Part shown: piece after piece, positions 1 to 9,308 of the stretch | Numbering within the stretch: the first letter of the stretch is position 1 | How the letters are laid out: each line of letters begins with the position of its first letter | NCBI GenBank assembly: GCA_041581135.1 | Contig: JBFGCM010000006.1 | Location: 4,482-68,481, forward strand | DNA length: 64,000 bases | Direction of reading: 5' to 3' | Source: Acidimicrobiia bacterium | Lineage (GTDB): Bacteria > Actinomycetota > Acidimicrobiia > Spongiisociales > UBA5794 | Notes under the pieces: generated by a model | The model's database searches: none | Told to the model about the DNA's origin: nothing | Seen by the model: the letters and a program-made list of their open reading frames with translations, nothing else | Made by a program: the position numbers and the translations under genes

Positions 1-206
1 ACCGGGGGGAGGGATCGTACACGCTGGACGGCAGGGCGCTGTCCATCGAGCTCGGGGGATCGTCGCTGGTCCGCTGCCGCGACGATTCGCTGGACGATCT
101 GTATCGCGGCTTTCTCGGAGAGGTCGCCGGCTACTCCTTGGTGAATGGGCAATTGGTGCTGGAGCTGAAGGATGATGCCGGGCGAATGATCTTCAACGAA
201 GGCTGA
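1..206 (+). CDS. META (HslJ-like, DUF306) domain protein, C-terminal fragment; 5' end lies outside the window
   Basis: Hand translation of the frame ending at TGA 204-206 gives ...YTLDGRALSIELGGSSLVRCRDDSLDDLYRGFLGEVAGYSLVNGQLVLELKDDAGRMIFNEG*. This pattern resembles the end of META domains. The fragment is too short for the ORF track. Confidence 0.3.
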   Translation, partial: RGEGSYTLDGRALSIELGGSSLVRCRDDSLDDLYRGFLGEVAGYSLVNGQLVLELKDDAGRMIFNEG

Positions 207-283
207 ATGTTCGTGGGATGGCATCCGATGCACCCCGCACGACCAGCTCCACCGCTCGGCGCGGACACGCCGATTGTGTGCCT

Positions 284-2035
284 CTACGTGGCTCCGGACT
301 CGGTCGCCTGGTCGGTGTCCACCACACCCACGTAGATGTCGTAGCCGTGGAGCGACCCTGGATCCCGGCGCCACGCTTCGGCCGCCAGCAGAGGGGACGA
401 CGGGGGCAGCTCGATGCTCACCGGATCGGGCGACAGGTTCATGGCGACGATGCAAGTCTCGTGCTCGGTGGCGCGTTCGAAGGCGAACACCACCTCGTCG
501 TTGCCGAGGGCGCGGTAGGACCCTTCCCGCAGAGCTGGATGTGAGCGCCGCAGCAGGATGAGGGTGCGGTAGAACTCGAGCAAGGAGTCCGGCTTGCCCT
601 CCTGATCGGCCACGTTCACCCCTTCCTCGTGGTTGGGATGCACCGGAAGCCAAGGTTCGACCCCGCGCCATGTGAATCCGGCGTTGGCGCCGGCATTCCA
701 CTGCATCGGGGTCCGGCACCTGTCCCGCGTGAACTGGATGGCCCGTCCTGCCGCTTCGTCCGGCTCCATGCCGAGGTACTGGATTGCGGCGCGGTAGTAC
801 CAGGGACCGATCGGATCGAGCAGCTCCTCCGGCCCGGAGAAGTCGGTGTAGTTCTCCATACCGATCTCTTCGCCGTAGTACAACGACGGTGTGCCGGGCA
901 GCAGCAGCACCAGTGCCGCTGCCACCCGCGCCATACCGGGATGCCCGCCCACGGTGGTCCGCACCCGCGACGTGTCGTGGTTTCCCATGGTGGTGCACGC
1001 CCAGCCGCCCGGTGGCAGCGCCGCAAGCCGCTCCGCCTGGTTCCGGCGGACGACCTCGGGTGTCAGCTCCCGGGCGTCTTTCAGCCCGAAGTTGAACACC
1101 AGGTGCAGCTCGTCGGTCCCGTCGCCCATGTAGGCGATGTCGTTGGTCTCGCCGATGAGCACTCGGTCGGGATACTCGTCGTTGACCCGGCGCAGCTCCT
1201 TCAGGACGTCGTGGACCTCAGGCAGGTCCACCTGGCCACCGAACATGCGCATCCACTTGGTGGCGCGACGCTCCTCCCACTCGCCGACGAACCGATCCTC
1301 GATGAGCGCCACGTGGGACATTCCGGCGTCGTGGTCGGTCAGGTCGGGGTCTTCGAAGATGGTGCCGATGGCGTCGAGGCGGAAGCCGTCAGCACCTCGG
1401 TCGTACCAGAACCGCACCGCGTTCCACATCGCCTCCCGCACCTCCGGGTTGTGCCAGTTGAGGTCGGGCTGCTCCTTCACGAAGAAGTGGTAGTACCACT
1501 CGCCGGTTGCTTCGTCGTATTCCCACGCAGGCCCGCCGAAGGTCGACTCCCAGTTGTTCGGGGGCAGCGGCTCGCCGCTGGCGCTCGCCTTGCCGGGATG
1601 CCACACGTACCAGTCCCGCTTGGGCGAGTCCTTGGAAGACCGGGACTCCAGGAACCATGGGTGCTGGTCGCTGGTGTGGTTCAGCACCAGGTCGAGCACC
1701 ACTCTGATGCCTCGCTCGTGGGCTCCGGCGAGGAAGCGGTCGAAGTCTTCGAGCGTTCCCAGCTCAGGATGGACGTCGTGGTAGTCCGCTACGTCGTACC
1801 CCCAGTCGGCATTGGGAGACGGGAAGTGAGGCGAGAGCCACACGGCGTCGACGCCCAGCCATTGGAGATAGTCGAGCTTGTCGATCATCCCTTCGAAGTC
1901 GCCGACGCCGTCCCCGTCCCCGTCGGCGAAGCTCCGCGGATAGATCTGATAGAACACGGCGCCCTGCCACCAGGGCCGTCCTGCGGTCGCGTGTGGTGAG
2001 GCCACGGCTGTCGAGGGTAGTGGCCCCGGGCGCAC
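284..2035 (-). CDS. GH13 alpha-glucosidase / oligo-1,6-glucosidase family
   Basis: 583-aa ORF. N-terminus WWQGAVFYQIYPRSFADGDGDGVGDFEGMIDKLDYLQWLGVDAVWLSP, plus GFRLDA, EVHD and NHD motifs typical of GH13 subfamily alpha-glucosidases. The exact start is uncertain. Confidence 0.85.
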   Translation of the reverse strand: MRPGPLPSTAVASPHATAGRPWWQGAVFYQIYPRSFADGDGDGVGDFEGMIDKLDYLQWLGVDAVWLSPHFPSPNADWGYDVADYHDVHPELGTLEDFDRFLAGAHERGIRVVLDLVLNHTSDQHPWFLESRSSKDSPKRDWYVWHPGKASASGEPLPPNNWESTFGGPAWEYDEATGEWYYHFFVKEQPDLNWHNPEVREAMWNAVRFWYDRGADGFRLDAIGTIFEDPDLTDHDAGMSHVALIEDRFVGEWEERRATKWMRMFGGQVDLPEVHDVLKELRRVNDEYPDRVLIGETNDIAYMGDGTDELHLVFNFGLKDARELTPEVVRRNQAERLAALPPGGWACTTMGNHDTSRVRTTVGGHPGMARVAAALVLLLPGTPSLYYGEEIGMENYTDFSGPEELLDPIGPWYYRAAIQYLGMEPDEAAGRAIQFTRDRCRTPMQWNAGANAGFTWRGVEPWLPVHPNHEEGVNVADQEGKPDSLLEFYRTLILLRRSHPALREGSYRALGNDEVVFAFERATEHETCIVAMNLSPDPVSIELPPSSPLLAAEAWRRDPGSLHGYDIYVGVVDTDQATESGAT

Positions 2036-2154
2036 CGGCCGCGGCGATCGCGATCGAGCCGGCGGGAGGTCCCCGGGTCGGCTTCAGTAGCTGCGTCGAC
2101 AATCCGATGTAGCTGGGGGATGTCTGGTAGGACCGTGCCTGCGTCGGCGAGATC

Positions 2155-3513
2155 GTGGAGCCGATCATCAAGAACGACAAACGCACCATCTTCGGGTGGG
2201 CGATGTACGACTGGGCCAACTCGGCGTATGCCACCACGATCGCCGGGGCGCTGCTGCCTGCGTACTTCGCAGATTCCATCGTGCCCGACGGGGGCTACGA
2301 GATCTTCGGCCGGGCCTTCGACGGTTCGACCCTGTGGGGCATCGTGGTGGGGTTCGGCGCGTTTGCGCTGTTCTTGCTGACGCCGGTGCTCGGCGCCATC
2401 GCCGACTTCTCGGCGTCGAAGAAGCGGTTCCTGACGGTGTTCGCCTATGGCGGTGCGGTCTTCACCGTGCTCTTGTTCTTCATGACCACCGGCGACGTGG
2501 CACTCACGCTGGGCCTGTTCCTGCTGGCCCAGATGGGATTCGTGGCCGCCAACGTGTTCTACGACGGCTTCCTGCCCGACATCACCACGGACGACACGAT
2601 CGACCGCGTCTCCTCCAAGGGGTTCGCCCTCGGATACGTCGGCGGCGGGCTCCAGTTGCTCCTGGCGGCGCTCATCGTGATGTCCCACGAGTCGCTGGGC
2701 ATGAGCCAGGAGCTGGCGGCCCGCATCGGCATCCTGACTGCCGGCGTGTGGTGGGCCGGGTTCTCCTGGCTCGCCTTTCGGCGGTTCGACGAGACCGGGA
2801 CCGCCCAGCCGTTGCCCGAGCGGTATCGGAGCATGCCACGCTCCAGCGCCTACGTCCGGCTCGGGTTCGATCGCACCGTGGCCACCGCCAAACGGCTCCG
2901 CCACTTCCCGCAACTGTTGCTGTTCCTGGTGGCCTACATGCTGTACAACGACGGCGTCCAAACGACCATCAACCTCACGTCGGTGTATGCCACCGACACG
3001 CTCGAGTTGGAGGCGGCCACGATCCTCCTGGCGTTCCTGCTGGTGCAGTTCGTCGCCTTCTTCGGGGCACTGCTCTTCGGGTGGATGGCAGACCGAGTCG
3101 GTACCAAAGGTGCGATCCTGGTATCGCTCGCGGTGTGGAACGTGGTTGCGGTGCTGGCCTTCCTGCTGCCCGTCGGTCAGGCCACTCCGTTCTTCGGAGT
3201 GGCGGTGCTGGTGGGCATCGTGCTCGGGGGCATCCAAGCACTGAGCCGCAGCCTCTACGGATCGATGATTCCCGAGGAGGCATCTGCCGAGTTCTACGGC
3301 TTCTTCTCGGTGTTCTCCAAGTTCTCGGCCATGTGGGGCCCGCTGATATTCGCGTTCGTGAACGAGGTCACCGGCTCGGCCCGGTGGGCCATCCTGTCGA
3401 TCATCGTGTTCTTCGTGCTGGGTGCCGTCCTGTTGTCCAGAGTCGATATCGCCGCCGCCCGTGCCTCTCGGCACCGCTGGACGTTCGAGGGGGCCGAGGT
3501 GGCGGGGAGATAG
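2155..3513 (+). CDS. MFS transporter, UMF1 (Atg22-like) family
   Basis: 452-aa polytopic ORF with a GTG start. N-terminus FGWAMYDWANSAYATTI is characteristic of the UMF1 family. Confidence 0.75.
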   Translation: MEPIIKNDKRTIFGWAMYDWANSAYATTIAGALLPAYFADSIVPDGGYEIFGRAFDGSTLWGIVVGFGAFALFLLTPVLGAIADFSASKKRFLTVFAYGGAVFTVLLFFMTTGDVALTLGLFLLAQMGFVAANVFYDGFLPDITTDDTIDRVSSKGFALGYVGGGLQLLLAALIVMSHESLGMSQELAARIGILTAGVWWAGFSWLAFRRFDETGTAQPLPERYRSMPRSSAYVRLGFDRTVATAKRLRHFPQLLLFLVAYMLYNDGVQTTINLTSVYATDTLELEAATILLAFLLVQFVAFFGALLFGWMADRVGTKGAILVSLAVWNVVAVLAFLLPVGQATPFFGVAVLVGIVLGGIQALSRSLYGSMIPEEASAEFYGFFSVFSKFSAMWGPLIFAFVNEVTGSARWAILSIIVFFVLGAVLLSRVDIAAARASRHRWTFEGAEVAGR

Positions 3514-3540
3514 CGTCCCCGGCTCGGTAGGGTCCTGGCG

Positions 3541-4788
3541 ATGCAACGCCTGGTTCTCGTGCTCTTGTTGGTGCTGACCGCGTGCGCCGGGACGGAGGAA
3601 CCGGCTGGTGACGGTCCGTCGACGTCACCGGACGCCACCGTGACGTTGGCTCCAACGACCACGTCCGCGGCGACCACGGCTCCTCCGGCGACCACGAGCC
3701 CGACGACGATGCCATCTACCACCACGCTCGGTCCGCCGGCCGAGCCTCCGCCGCTGCGGCTGGTCGAGATCGCCTCCGGGTTCGGCCAACCGGTGTTATT
3801 GACGTCCCCGCCGCGCGATCCCCGGCTCTTCGTCGTGGACCAGCCGGGCCGAATCTGGCTGCTTGCAGCCGACGCGCCGGAAGTGTTCCTCGACGTACGC
3901 GACTCGGTCACCTTTGGCGGTGAGCGGGGCCTGCTCGGCTTGGCCTTCCACCCGGAGTTCGCCACCAACGGCCGCTTCTTCGTCAACTACACCGACGGCG
4001 CCGGCGACACGAGGATCGTGGAGTTCGCGGTGTCGGCGGACGATCCCGACCGTGCCGACCCCGCCAGTGGTCGGGTCCTGCTGCAAGTCGACCAGCCGGC
4101 CGGGAACCACAACGGCGGCATGATCGCGTTCGGCCCCGACGGTCACTTGTGGGTGGGCATGGGCGACGGGGGAGCATCAGGCGACCGGTTCGGCAACGGG
4201 CAGAACGAGGCAACGCTGTTGGGATCGATGCTGCGGCTCGATGTCGACGGAGCCGATCCGTATGCCATCCCCGCCGGCAACGACTTCGTTGCGCCCGAGT
4301 CGTGGGCCATCGGATTGCGCAACCCGTGGCGGTTCTCCTTCGACGACGGCCTCCTCTATGTGGCCGATGTCGGTCAGAACGAGCTCGAAGAGGTCTCCGT
4401 GGTGGACACGACCGCCACTCGGCTCAACTTCGGCTGGCCGATCCAGGAGGCAACGAGCTGCTTTCGGCCCAGCTCGGGTTGCGACACGTCCGGCCTGGTC
4501 CAGCCGGTGATCGAGTATGGCCACGGCGGCCAGTGTTCGATCACGGGCGGCTACGTGTATCGGGGCGCAGCGATCCCGGAGTTGGAGGGCACCTACTTCT
4601 ACGGTGATTGGTGCGGTGGCTGGGTGCGGTCGTTCCGGTTCGCCGAGGGCACCGTCGCCGATGAGCGCGACTGGACCGAGCAATTGGGGAAGGTGCCGGA
4701 GCTGACTTCCTTCGGCGTCGACGCCAACGGGGAGATCTATGTGGTCAGCGGAAGCGGTGCCGTTTTCCGAATCGAGCGCGCCGACTGA
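3541..4788 (+). CDS. PQQ-dependent sugar (glucose/sorbosone) dehydrogenase-like lipoprotein
   Basis: Lipobox signal MQRLVLVLLLVLTACAG, a Thr/Pro-rich linker, then beta-propeller motifs (GLLGLAFHPEF, HNGGMIAFGPDGHLWVGMGDGG, RNPWRFSFD). Confidence 0.75.
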   Translation: MQRLVLVLLLVLTACAGTEEPAGDGPSTSPDATVTLAPTTTSAATTAPPATTSPTTMPSTTTLGPPAEPPPLRLVEIASGFGQPVLLTSPPRDPRLFVVDQPGRIWLLAADAPEVFLDVRDSVTFGGERGLLGLAFHPEFATNGRFFVNYTDGAGDTRIVEFAVSADDPDRADPASGRVLLQVDQPAGNHNGGMIAFGPDGHLWVGMGDGGASGDRFGNGQNEATLLGSMLRLDVDGADPYAIPAGNDFVAPESWAIGLRNPWRFSFDDGLLYVADVGQNELEEVSVVDTTATRLNFGWPIQEATSCFRPSSGCDTSGLVQPVIEYGHGGQCSITGGYVYRGAAIPELEGTYFYGDWCGGWVRSFRFAEGTVADERDWTEQLGKVPELTSFGVDANGEIYVVSGSGAVFRIERAD

Positions 4789-4789
4789 G

Positions 4790-5168
4790 GTGCCGTTCCC
4801 CCGCTGGCTCGCCACGTTCAACCGGTTCGTGACCAACCCGCTGATGCGACGCATCGCGGCCCGGCCGCCGTTCGGTGTCTTGGTGCATGTCGGTCGAACC
4901 AGCGGCAAGGAGTACTGCACGCCGCTGAAACGCGTTTCCGACCGACGACGGCTTCGTGTGTGCGCTCACCTACGGCTCGACGGCCGACGGGGTGAAGAAC
5001 ACCCAGGCCGCCGGCGGCGCCATGCTGGTCTACGACGACCATCCGATTCGGCTCACGGAGCCCGAGCTCATCGAGCGGTCCGGGGCCTGGCCGGCCATCC
5101 CTCGGTCCTTTCACCTGCCGCTTCGAGCACTCGGCGTGTCGGAGTATCTGTTCCTGCGCCGCTCGTGA
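4790..5168 (+). pseudogene. Nitroreductase-family deazaflavin-dependent oxidoreductase (DUF385-like) interrupted by a 1-nt frameshift near 4928
   Basis: The frame starting at GTG 4790 reads PFPRWLATFNRFVTNPLMRRIAARPPFGVLVHVGRTSGKEYCTPL and then drifts into Arg-rich nonsense. The homologous sequence continues one base later as NAFPTDDGFVCALTYGSTADGVKNTQAAGGAMLVYDD... to TGA 5166-5168. Removing one A from the run at 4928-4930 restores a protein of about 125 aa. Confidence 0.6.
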
Positions 5169-5203
5169 GGCTTGGTCATCCGACGGTCCCTATCCTCTCT
5201 CCC

Positions 5204-6985
5204 ATGGCTGACTACCGCGCCCCTCTGCGGGACATGAAGTTCGTTCTTCACCACGTCGCCGGCATCGATGAGCTGCTCGAGCTGGAGGCGTTCGCCCACG
5301 CCGAGCCCGACGTCGTTGCCGGAGCTCTGGAAGAAGCGGATCGCTTCTTCGCCGAGCAGGTGGCACCCACCAACCGGATCGGCGACACCGTGGGAAGCCG
5401 GCTCACCGAGCCGGGAGTGGTCGAAGCGCCCGACGAGTTCAAGCCGGTCTACGAGAAGTACGTGCATGCCGGATGGGGTGGGGTGCCGTTCCCGGCCGAG
5501 TACGGGGGTCACGGCTTCCCGTGGCTGGTCGGCATGGCGGTCCAGGAGATGTTCACGTCCGCCAACATGGCGTTCTCGCTGGTGCCGCTCCTGACGCAAG
5601 CCGGCATCCATGCCCTGCTCCTCCACGGTTCGGAGGAGCAGAAAGCCACCTATTTGGAGAAGATGATCACCGGGGAGTGGCCGGGCACCATGTGCCTCAC
5701 CGAACCCCACGCCGGTTCCGACGTCGGCGCGCTCAGCGCCAAGGCAGAACCGGGGCCGGACGGCACGTACCGGCTCACCGGCACCAAGATCTTCATCACG
5801 TGGGGTGAGCACGATCTCGCCGACAACATCATCCACCTGGTGCTGGCGCGGACGCCCGGCTCGCCGCCCGGAACGAAGGGCATCTCGCTGTTCATCGTTC
5901 CCAAGTTCCTGATCAACGCCGATGGCTCCCGTGGCGAGCGTAACGATGTGCATGTCGTGTCCATCGAGCACAAGCTCGGGATTCACGGTTCTCCGACGTG
6001 TGTGCTGTCGTTCGGCGAGAACGAGGGAGCGGTGGCCTACCTGGTCGGCGAAGAGCATCAGGGCATGCGGTACATGTTCACCATGATGAACAACGCTCGG
6101 CTCGGCGTGGGGCTCGAGGGCCTGGCGATCGCCGAACGCGCGTACCAGCAGGCGCTGACCTTCGCCCAGGAACGCCGCCAGGGCCGCGCCGTGGGCACTG
6201 CGCCCACGGAGAGCTCACTCATCATCGAGCACCCCGACGTTCGTCGCATGTTGATGACCATGAAGTCCCAGACCGAGGCCATGCGCTGTCTGGTGTATCT
6301 CAACGCGGCGCACATCGATCTCGCCGCCAATCATCCGGATGCAGAGGCACGTGCGTTCCACCAGGAGCGCGTCGATCTGTACACCCCGATCACGAAGGCA
6401 TGGTCGACCGATCTGGGAGTGGAGATCACCTCGTTGGGTATCCAGATCCACGGTGGCATGGGCTACGTCGAGGAGACCGGGGCGGCCCAGCACTGGCGGG
6501 ACGCCAGGATCGCGCCGATCTACGAAGGCACCAACGGCATCCAGGCGATCGACCTGGCGATGCGGAAACTCCCGATGCGAGAGGGGCGGGCCGTCGCCGA
6601 CCTGCTTGCCGAGATGCGAGCCCTCGACGAGGAGCTCTCCGCCCCGGAGTTGGCCGGCATGAGAGCGGCGTTGGCCGACGCGGTGGCAGCCCTCACTCAG
6701 GCGACGACCTGGCTCATCGCCTCGCGCAAGGAACCCAACGACGTGCTTGCCGGTGCCACGCCGTACCAGGAGATGTTCGGGATCGTGGTCGGCGGTTGGC
6801 TGATGGCACGGTCCGCCGTTGCCGCTTCGACCATGGCCGGAGACGACGACGGCTTCCACGCCGCCAAGGTCGACACCGCCCGCTTCTACTGCGAGCAGAT
6901 CCTGCCGCGGGCTCGTGGGCTGCTGCCTGCGGTGACGGCGGGCGCGCAGCCGTTGTACGCCATCGAGCCCAAGTGGTTGGGGTGA
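5204..6985 (+). CDS. Acyl-CoA dehydrogenase, long (FadE5-like) type with C-terminal extension
   Basis: The internal ATG at 5204 (MADYRAPLRDMKFVLHHV) lies in frame within the 748-aa track ORF. Acyl-CoA dehydrogenase motifs are present: TEPHAGSD, KIFITWGEHD, IHGGMGYVEETGAAQHWRDARIAPIYEGTNGIQ. The part upstream of 5204 belongs to the DUF385 pseudogene region. Confidence 0.85.
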   Translation: MADYRAPLRDMKFVLHHVAGIDELLELEAFAHAEPDVVAGALEEADRFFAEQVAPTNRIGDTVGSRLTEPGVVEAPDEFKPVYEKYVHAGWGGVPFPAEYGGHGFPWLVGMAVQEMFTSANMAFSLVPLLTQAGIHALLLHGSEEQKATYLEKMITGEWPGTMCLTEPHAGSDVGALSAKAEPGPDGTYRLTGTKIFITWGEHDLADNIIHLVLARTPGSPPGTKGISLFIVPKFLINADGSRGERNDVHVVSIEHKLGIHGSPTCVLSFGENEGAVAYLVGEEHQGMRYMFTMMNNARLGVGLEGLAIAERAYQQALTFAQERRQGRAVGTAPTESSLIIEHPDVRRMLMTMKSQTEAMRCLVYLNAAHIDLAANHPDAEARAFHQERVDLYTPITKAWSTDLGVEITSLGIQIHGGMGYVEETGAAQHWRDARIAPIYEGTNGIQAIDLAMRKLPMREGRAVADLLAEMRALDEELSAPELAGMRAALADAVAALTQATTWLIASRKEPNDVLAGATPYQEMFGIVVGGWLMARSAVAASTMAGDDDGFHAAKVDTARFYCEQILPRARGLLPAVTAGAQPLYAIEPKWLG

Positions 6986-7006
6986 ACCGCTGAGGCGAAA
7001 CCCGGG

Positions 7007-7034
7007 CTGACCCTTTGCGCCGGCTGAGGGTCAG
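7007..7034. terminator. Hairpin between convergent genes (possible bidirectional terminator)
   Basis: CTGACCCT (7007-7014) and AGGGTCAG (7027-7034) are perfect complements with a 12-nt loop. The hairpin lies between the acyl-CoA dehydrogenase stop (6985) and the GNAT stop (7031-7033). There is no U-tract. Confidence 0.35.
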
Positions 7035-7621
7035 TAGTCGTAGGTCTCGCCGTGAATCTCGATCCCGGCTCTCCACTCCGTGGTCGTCTCGTGGAGCGGC
7101 ATGAACAGCTCGACGTGGCCAAGCGTGGTGAAGCCCATCGACCGAAACGCCGCCAGCGCTCCGGCGTTGCGCGCCACGGGCCTGATGCTGATGGCACCCA
7201 GACCGCGTTGCTTCGCCTCGGCGACCACGGTGGCCACCAACTCCTTGCCGATGCCTCGCCGCCGATGCTCCGGATGGACGATCACCGGCTCGACCTCGGC
7301 CTCTTCCGAGTCGATCAAGAGGCCGGTGAGGCCGACGACGGCACCGCCGGATACGGCAACCCAGCTCGCTTGCCGCTTGGGATCGGCGAGGTAGCGATCG
7401 AAGTCCGCGCCGGGGTCGTCGCCGCCGATGTGGGGCGCGGCGTAGATCGTGCGGTGGTGGTCGGTGAGCGCCGCCCACAGCTCCCGGCAGGCGTCGTGGT
7501 CGCTGTCGCGGTAGGCCCGGATCTCGACGCCGGCCTGACCGGCTACGGGCGCTGCCACTGCCGTCCGCTTCCCAGGTCGATGGGATCGCCCGGCTCGTCG
7601 CCGAACCGCCACATCGTCCAC
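7031..7621 (-). CDS. GNAT family N-acetyltransferase
   Basis: Acetyl-CoA binding motif VHPEHRRRGIGKELV and the overall GNAT layout. The true start may be downstream of 7621, because the listed ORF overlaps the 3' end of the MBL gene by 79 nt. Confidence 0.7.
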   Translation of the reverse strand: MDDVAVRRRAGRSHRPGKRTAVAAPVAGQAGVEIRAYRDSDHDACRELWAALTDHHRTIYAAPHIGGDDPGADFDRYLADPKRQASWVAVSGGAVVGLTGLLIDSEEAEVEPVIVHPEHRRRGIGKELVATVVAEAKQRGLGAISIRPVARNAGALAAFRSMGFTTLGHVELFMPLHETTTEWRAGIEIHGETYDY

Positions 7622-8739
7622 TTCCCCTTGGACATCACGAGGGCGATGCTGCCGAGGGCAGTGCCTGCGTCGTCCGTGTCCGATGTGTAGAACATCCCCA
7701 GCTCCCAGTCCTTGCGGTGCTCCGCACCGGAGGTGGTCGTCGGGTCCATTGCCTCCCGGATGAGGTCTTGTGCCACGGTGTGCGGGAACTTGTAGCGGCC
7801 GGCACCGGCGACGCTGGACACCAGCATCAGCTGGGGCGAGATTCGTTCCACCAGCTCCAGGTTGACGCCGTGCTTGGAACCATGGTGCGACACCTTCAGG
7901 ATGTCTGCAGACACCAGGTCCTCACCGGTGGCGGCGTCGATGGCCTTGGCCGCCGCCGAGTCGGATGGGTGCAGCTCGGGGAAGTCTGTCATCACGAACG
8001 ACCACGAGAGCGTCTGGGCGTCGGCGCCCAGCAGGAGCGACATGGTGTTGGCCTCGTCCACCAGCTCCCGATCTTCTGTCCGCTGGATCACCCGGGCGGC
8101 GGGGAACTCGATGCGGACCGACACGGAGGCGTTGTTGGGGTCGACCCCATAGGTGTCGAAGCGGTTGCGCAGGTGGATCGACGGGCTCATCACCGTGACG
8201 GCAGCCGAACCGATCCAACGGCGGAACCCGCTGGTGGGCTGGGCGTACATGAGGTGCGGGTGCGCTTCGACCGCGTTCATGATCTTGTGGTACTTGGCCG
8301 AGGTGAAGTAGTAGCCGCTGTCCCAGAACTCGCTGATGCGATGCTTGTACCCGGTGAGGAGCTCGGGGATGCCGCCGACGTGGTCGGCGTGAGGATGGGT
8401 GGCGATGACCAGCGGAATCGAGCCGTCAGGTACCGGGTGCTCCTGGCCGGCCTCCGGGCCGTCGGCGGGAAGCAGCTTCTCGTCGACAAGGCGGTCGAGG
8501 AGTCGAGGCAGCTTCTTGGTCTTGCCGGCGTCCACGATGATCGCCTGGCGGCGCCGGTTCGGCGGGTTGTCCGGGTCGTCCGGCTCGTCCGGGTCGACAG
8601 GGGTCGCCGGGAGGAGGATCAGCTGGGCATCGGCGTCGCCGACGTTGCACAGGAAGTACACCATGTGGTCGGGGTCGATCGAGCCGAGGAAGTCACCGGC
8701 CGAGAGTCGCGAGGCGGGGACGGCGCCGGGTACTGCCAT
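7543..8739 (-). CDS. MBL-fold metallo-hydrolase (ComEC/Rec2-type beta-lactamase domain)
   Basis: ATG at 8739 (MAVPGAV...), which is residue 171 of the 568-aa track ORF. Contains HPHADHVGG (HxHxDH) and a later KVSHHGS motif. The N-terminal 170 aa of the track ORF are Arg/Gly-rich out-of-frame readthrough of the upstream gene. Confidence 0.75.
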   Translation of the reverse strand: MAVPGAVPASRLSAGDFLGSIDPDHMVYFLCNVGDADAQLILLPATPVDPDEPDDPDNPPNRRRQAIIVDAGKTKKLPRLLDRLVDEKLLPADGPEAGQEHPVPDGSIPLVIATHPHADHVGGIPELLTGYKHRISEFWDSGYYFTSAKYHKIMNAVEAHPHLMYAQPTSGFRRWIGSAAVTVMSPSIHLRNRFDTYGVDPNNASVSVRIEFPAARVIQRTEDRELVDEANTMSLLLGADAQTLSWSFVMTDFPELHPSDSAAAKAIDAATGEDLVSADILKVSHHGSKHGVNLELVERISPQLMLVSSVAGAGRYKFPHTVAQDLIREAMDPTTTSGAEHRKDWELGMFYTSDTDDAGTALGSIALVMSKGKWTMWRFGDEPGDPIDLGSGRQWQRP

Positions 8740-9308
8740 CAGATGCTCTGGGGAGGTGGGCTGAGAGGAAATGACTGGCGCGGTGCATCGGGCTCGGGCG
8801 GCTTGGCGAGCTCCAGCCGCTCGGCCTCCGCCGGGGTGACCCGGGGCGCGATGGCACCGTAGTGGGCGATCTTGGCGGCACGTCGGGCCGGTCGGCTGAC
8901 ATCGATCGGCTTCGCCGAGGCCAGGTCGTCCGGCCACTCGGGGCCGGGCACGTGGAACACGTCGCCCACCCGCAGCCGCCGCTCCGGGGCGATCTGGTCG
9001 GCCCGGGTTCTGGCGGCGTTGACGGCTGACTGGAACTCGTCCAGGTTCGCGTCGGTAGCCACCCGGGCCTCCCACTCTTCGTCGACGTCCGGGAACGAGA
9101 GCCGCCCGGCATGGTCCAGGTGCGGCCACGGGGCCGGATCCAGGCCGACGATCCCGGCGTCGATGTCGTCCACCACCACATAGAACGAATCCGCCGTGGG
9201 GTTGACCGGCGCCGTGGTGCCGTCTGTGAGCTCGATCTCGGGCTCCCACAGCTGATCCATCGGGGCGAACGAGTCCGCGGCCACCACTGGGCGCTGCTCT
9301 TGCTGCAT
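8739..9308 (-). CDS. Hypothetical acidic protein (189 aa), no recognisable domain
   Basis: In-frame ATG at 9308 (MQQEQRPVVAADSF...). Its stop TGA (8741-8739) shares one base with the ATG of the MBL gene, and its own ATG shares one base with the MscS stop (TGATG junctions). Confidence 0.55.
   Translation of the reverse strand: MQQEQRPVVAADSFAPMDQLWEPEIELTDGTTAPVNPTADSFYVVVDDIDAGIVGLDPAPWPHLDHAGRLSFPDVDEEWEARVATDANLDEFQSAVNAARTRADQIAPERRLRVGDVFHVPGPEWPDDLASAKPIDVSRPARRAAKIAHYGAIAPRVTPAEAERLELAKPPEPDAPRQSFPLSPPPQSI

Noticed and set aside
1885-3546. 553-aa ORF antisense to the MFS transporter
   Set aside because: Low-complexity Arg/Gly/Glu/His-rich translation with no motifs, while the opposite strand encodes a clear polytopic transporter.
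4739-6985. 748-aa ORF read as a single fusion protein
   Set aside because: It is a concatenation of the out-of-frame tail of a frameshifted DUF385 gene with the acyl-CoA dehydrogenase. The dehydrogenase has its own ATG at 5204.
7543-9249. 568-aa version of the MBL hydrolase, and the 488-aa ORF 8739-10205
   Set aside because: The N-terminal extensions are Arg/Gly/Pro-rich out-of-frame overlaps of the upstream genes. Internal ATGs at 8739 and 9308 give compact genes that abut precisely (TGATG junctions).
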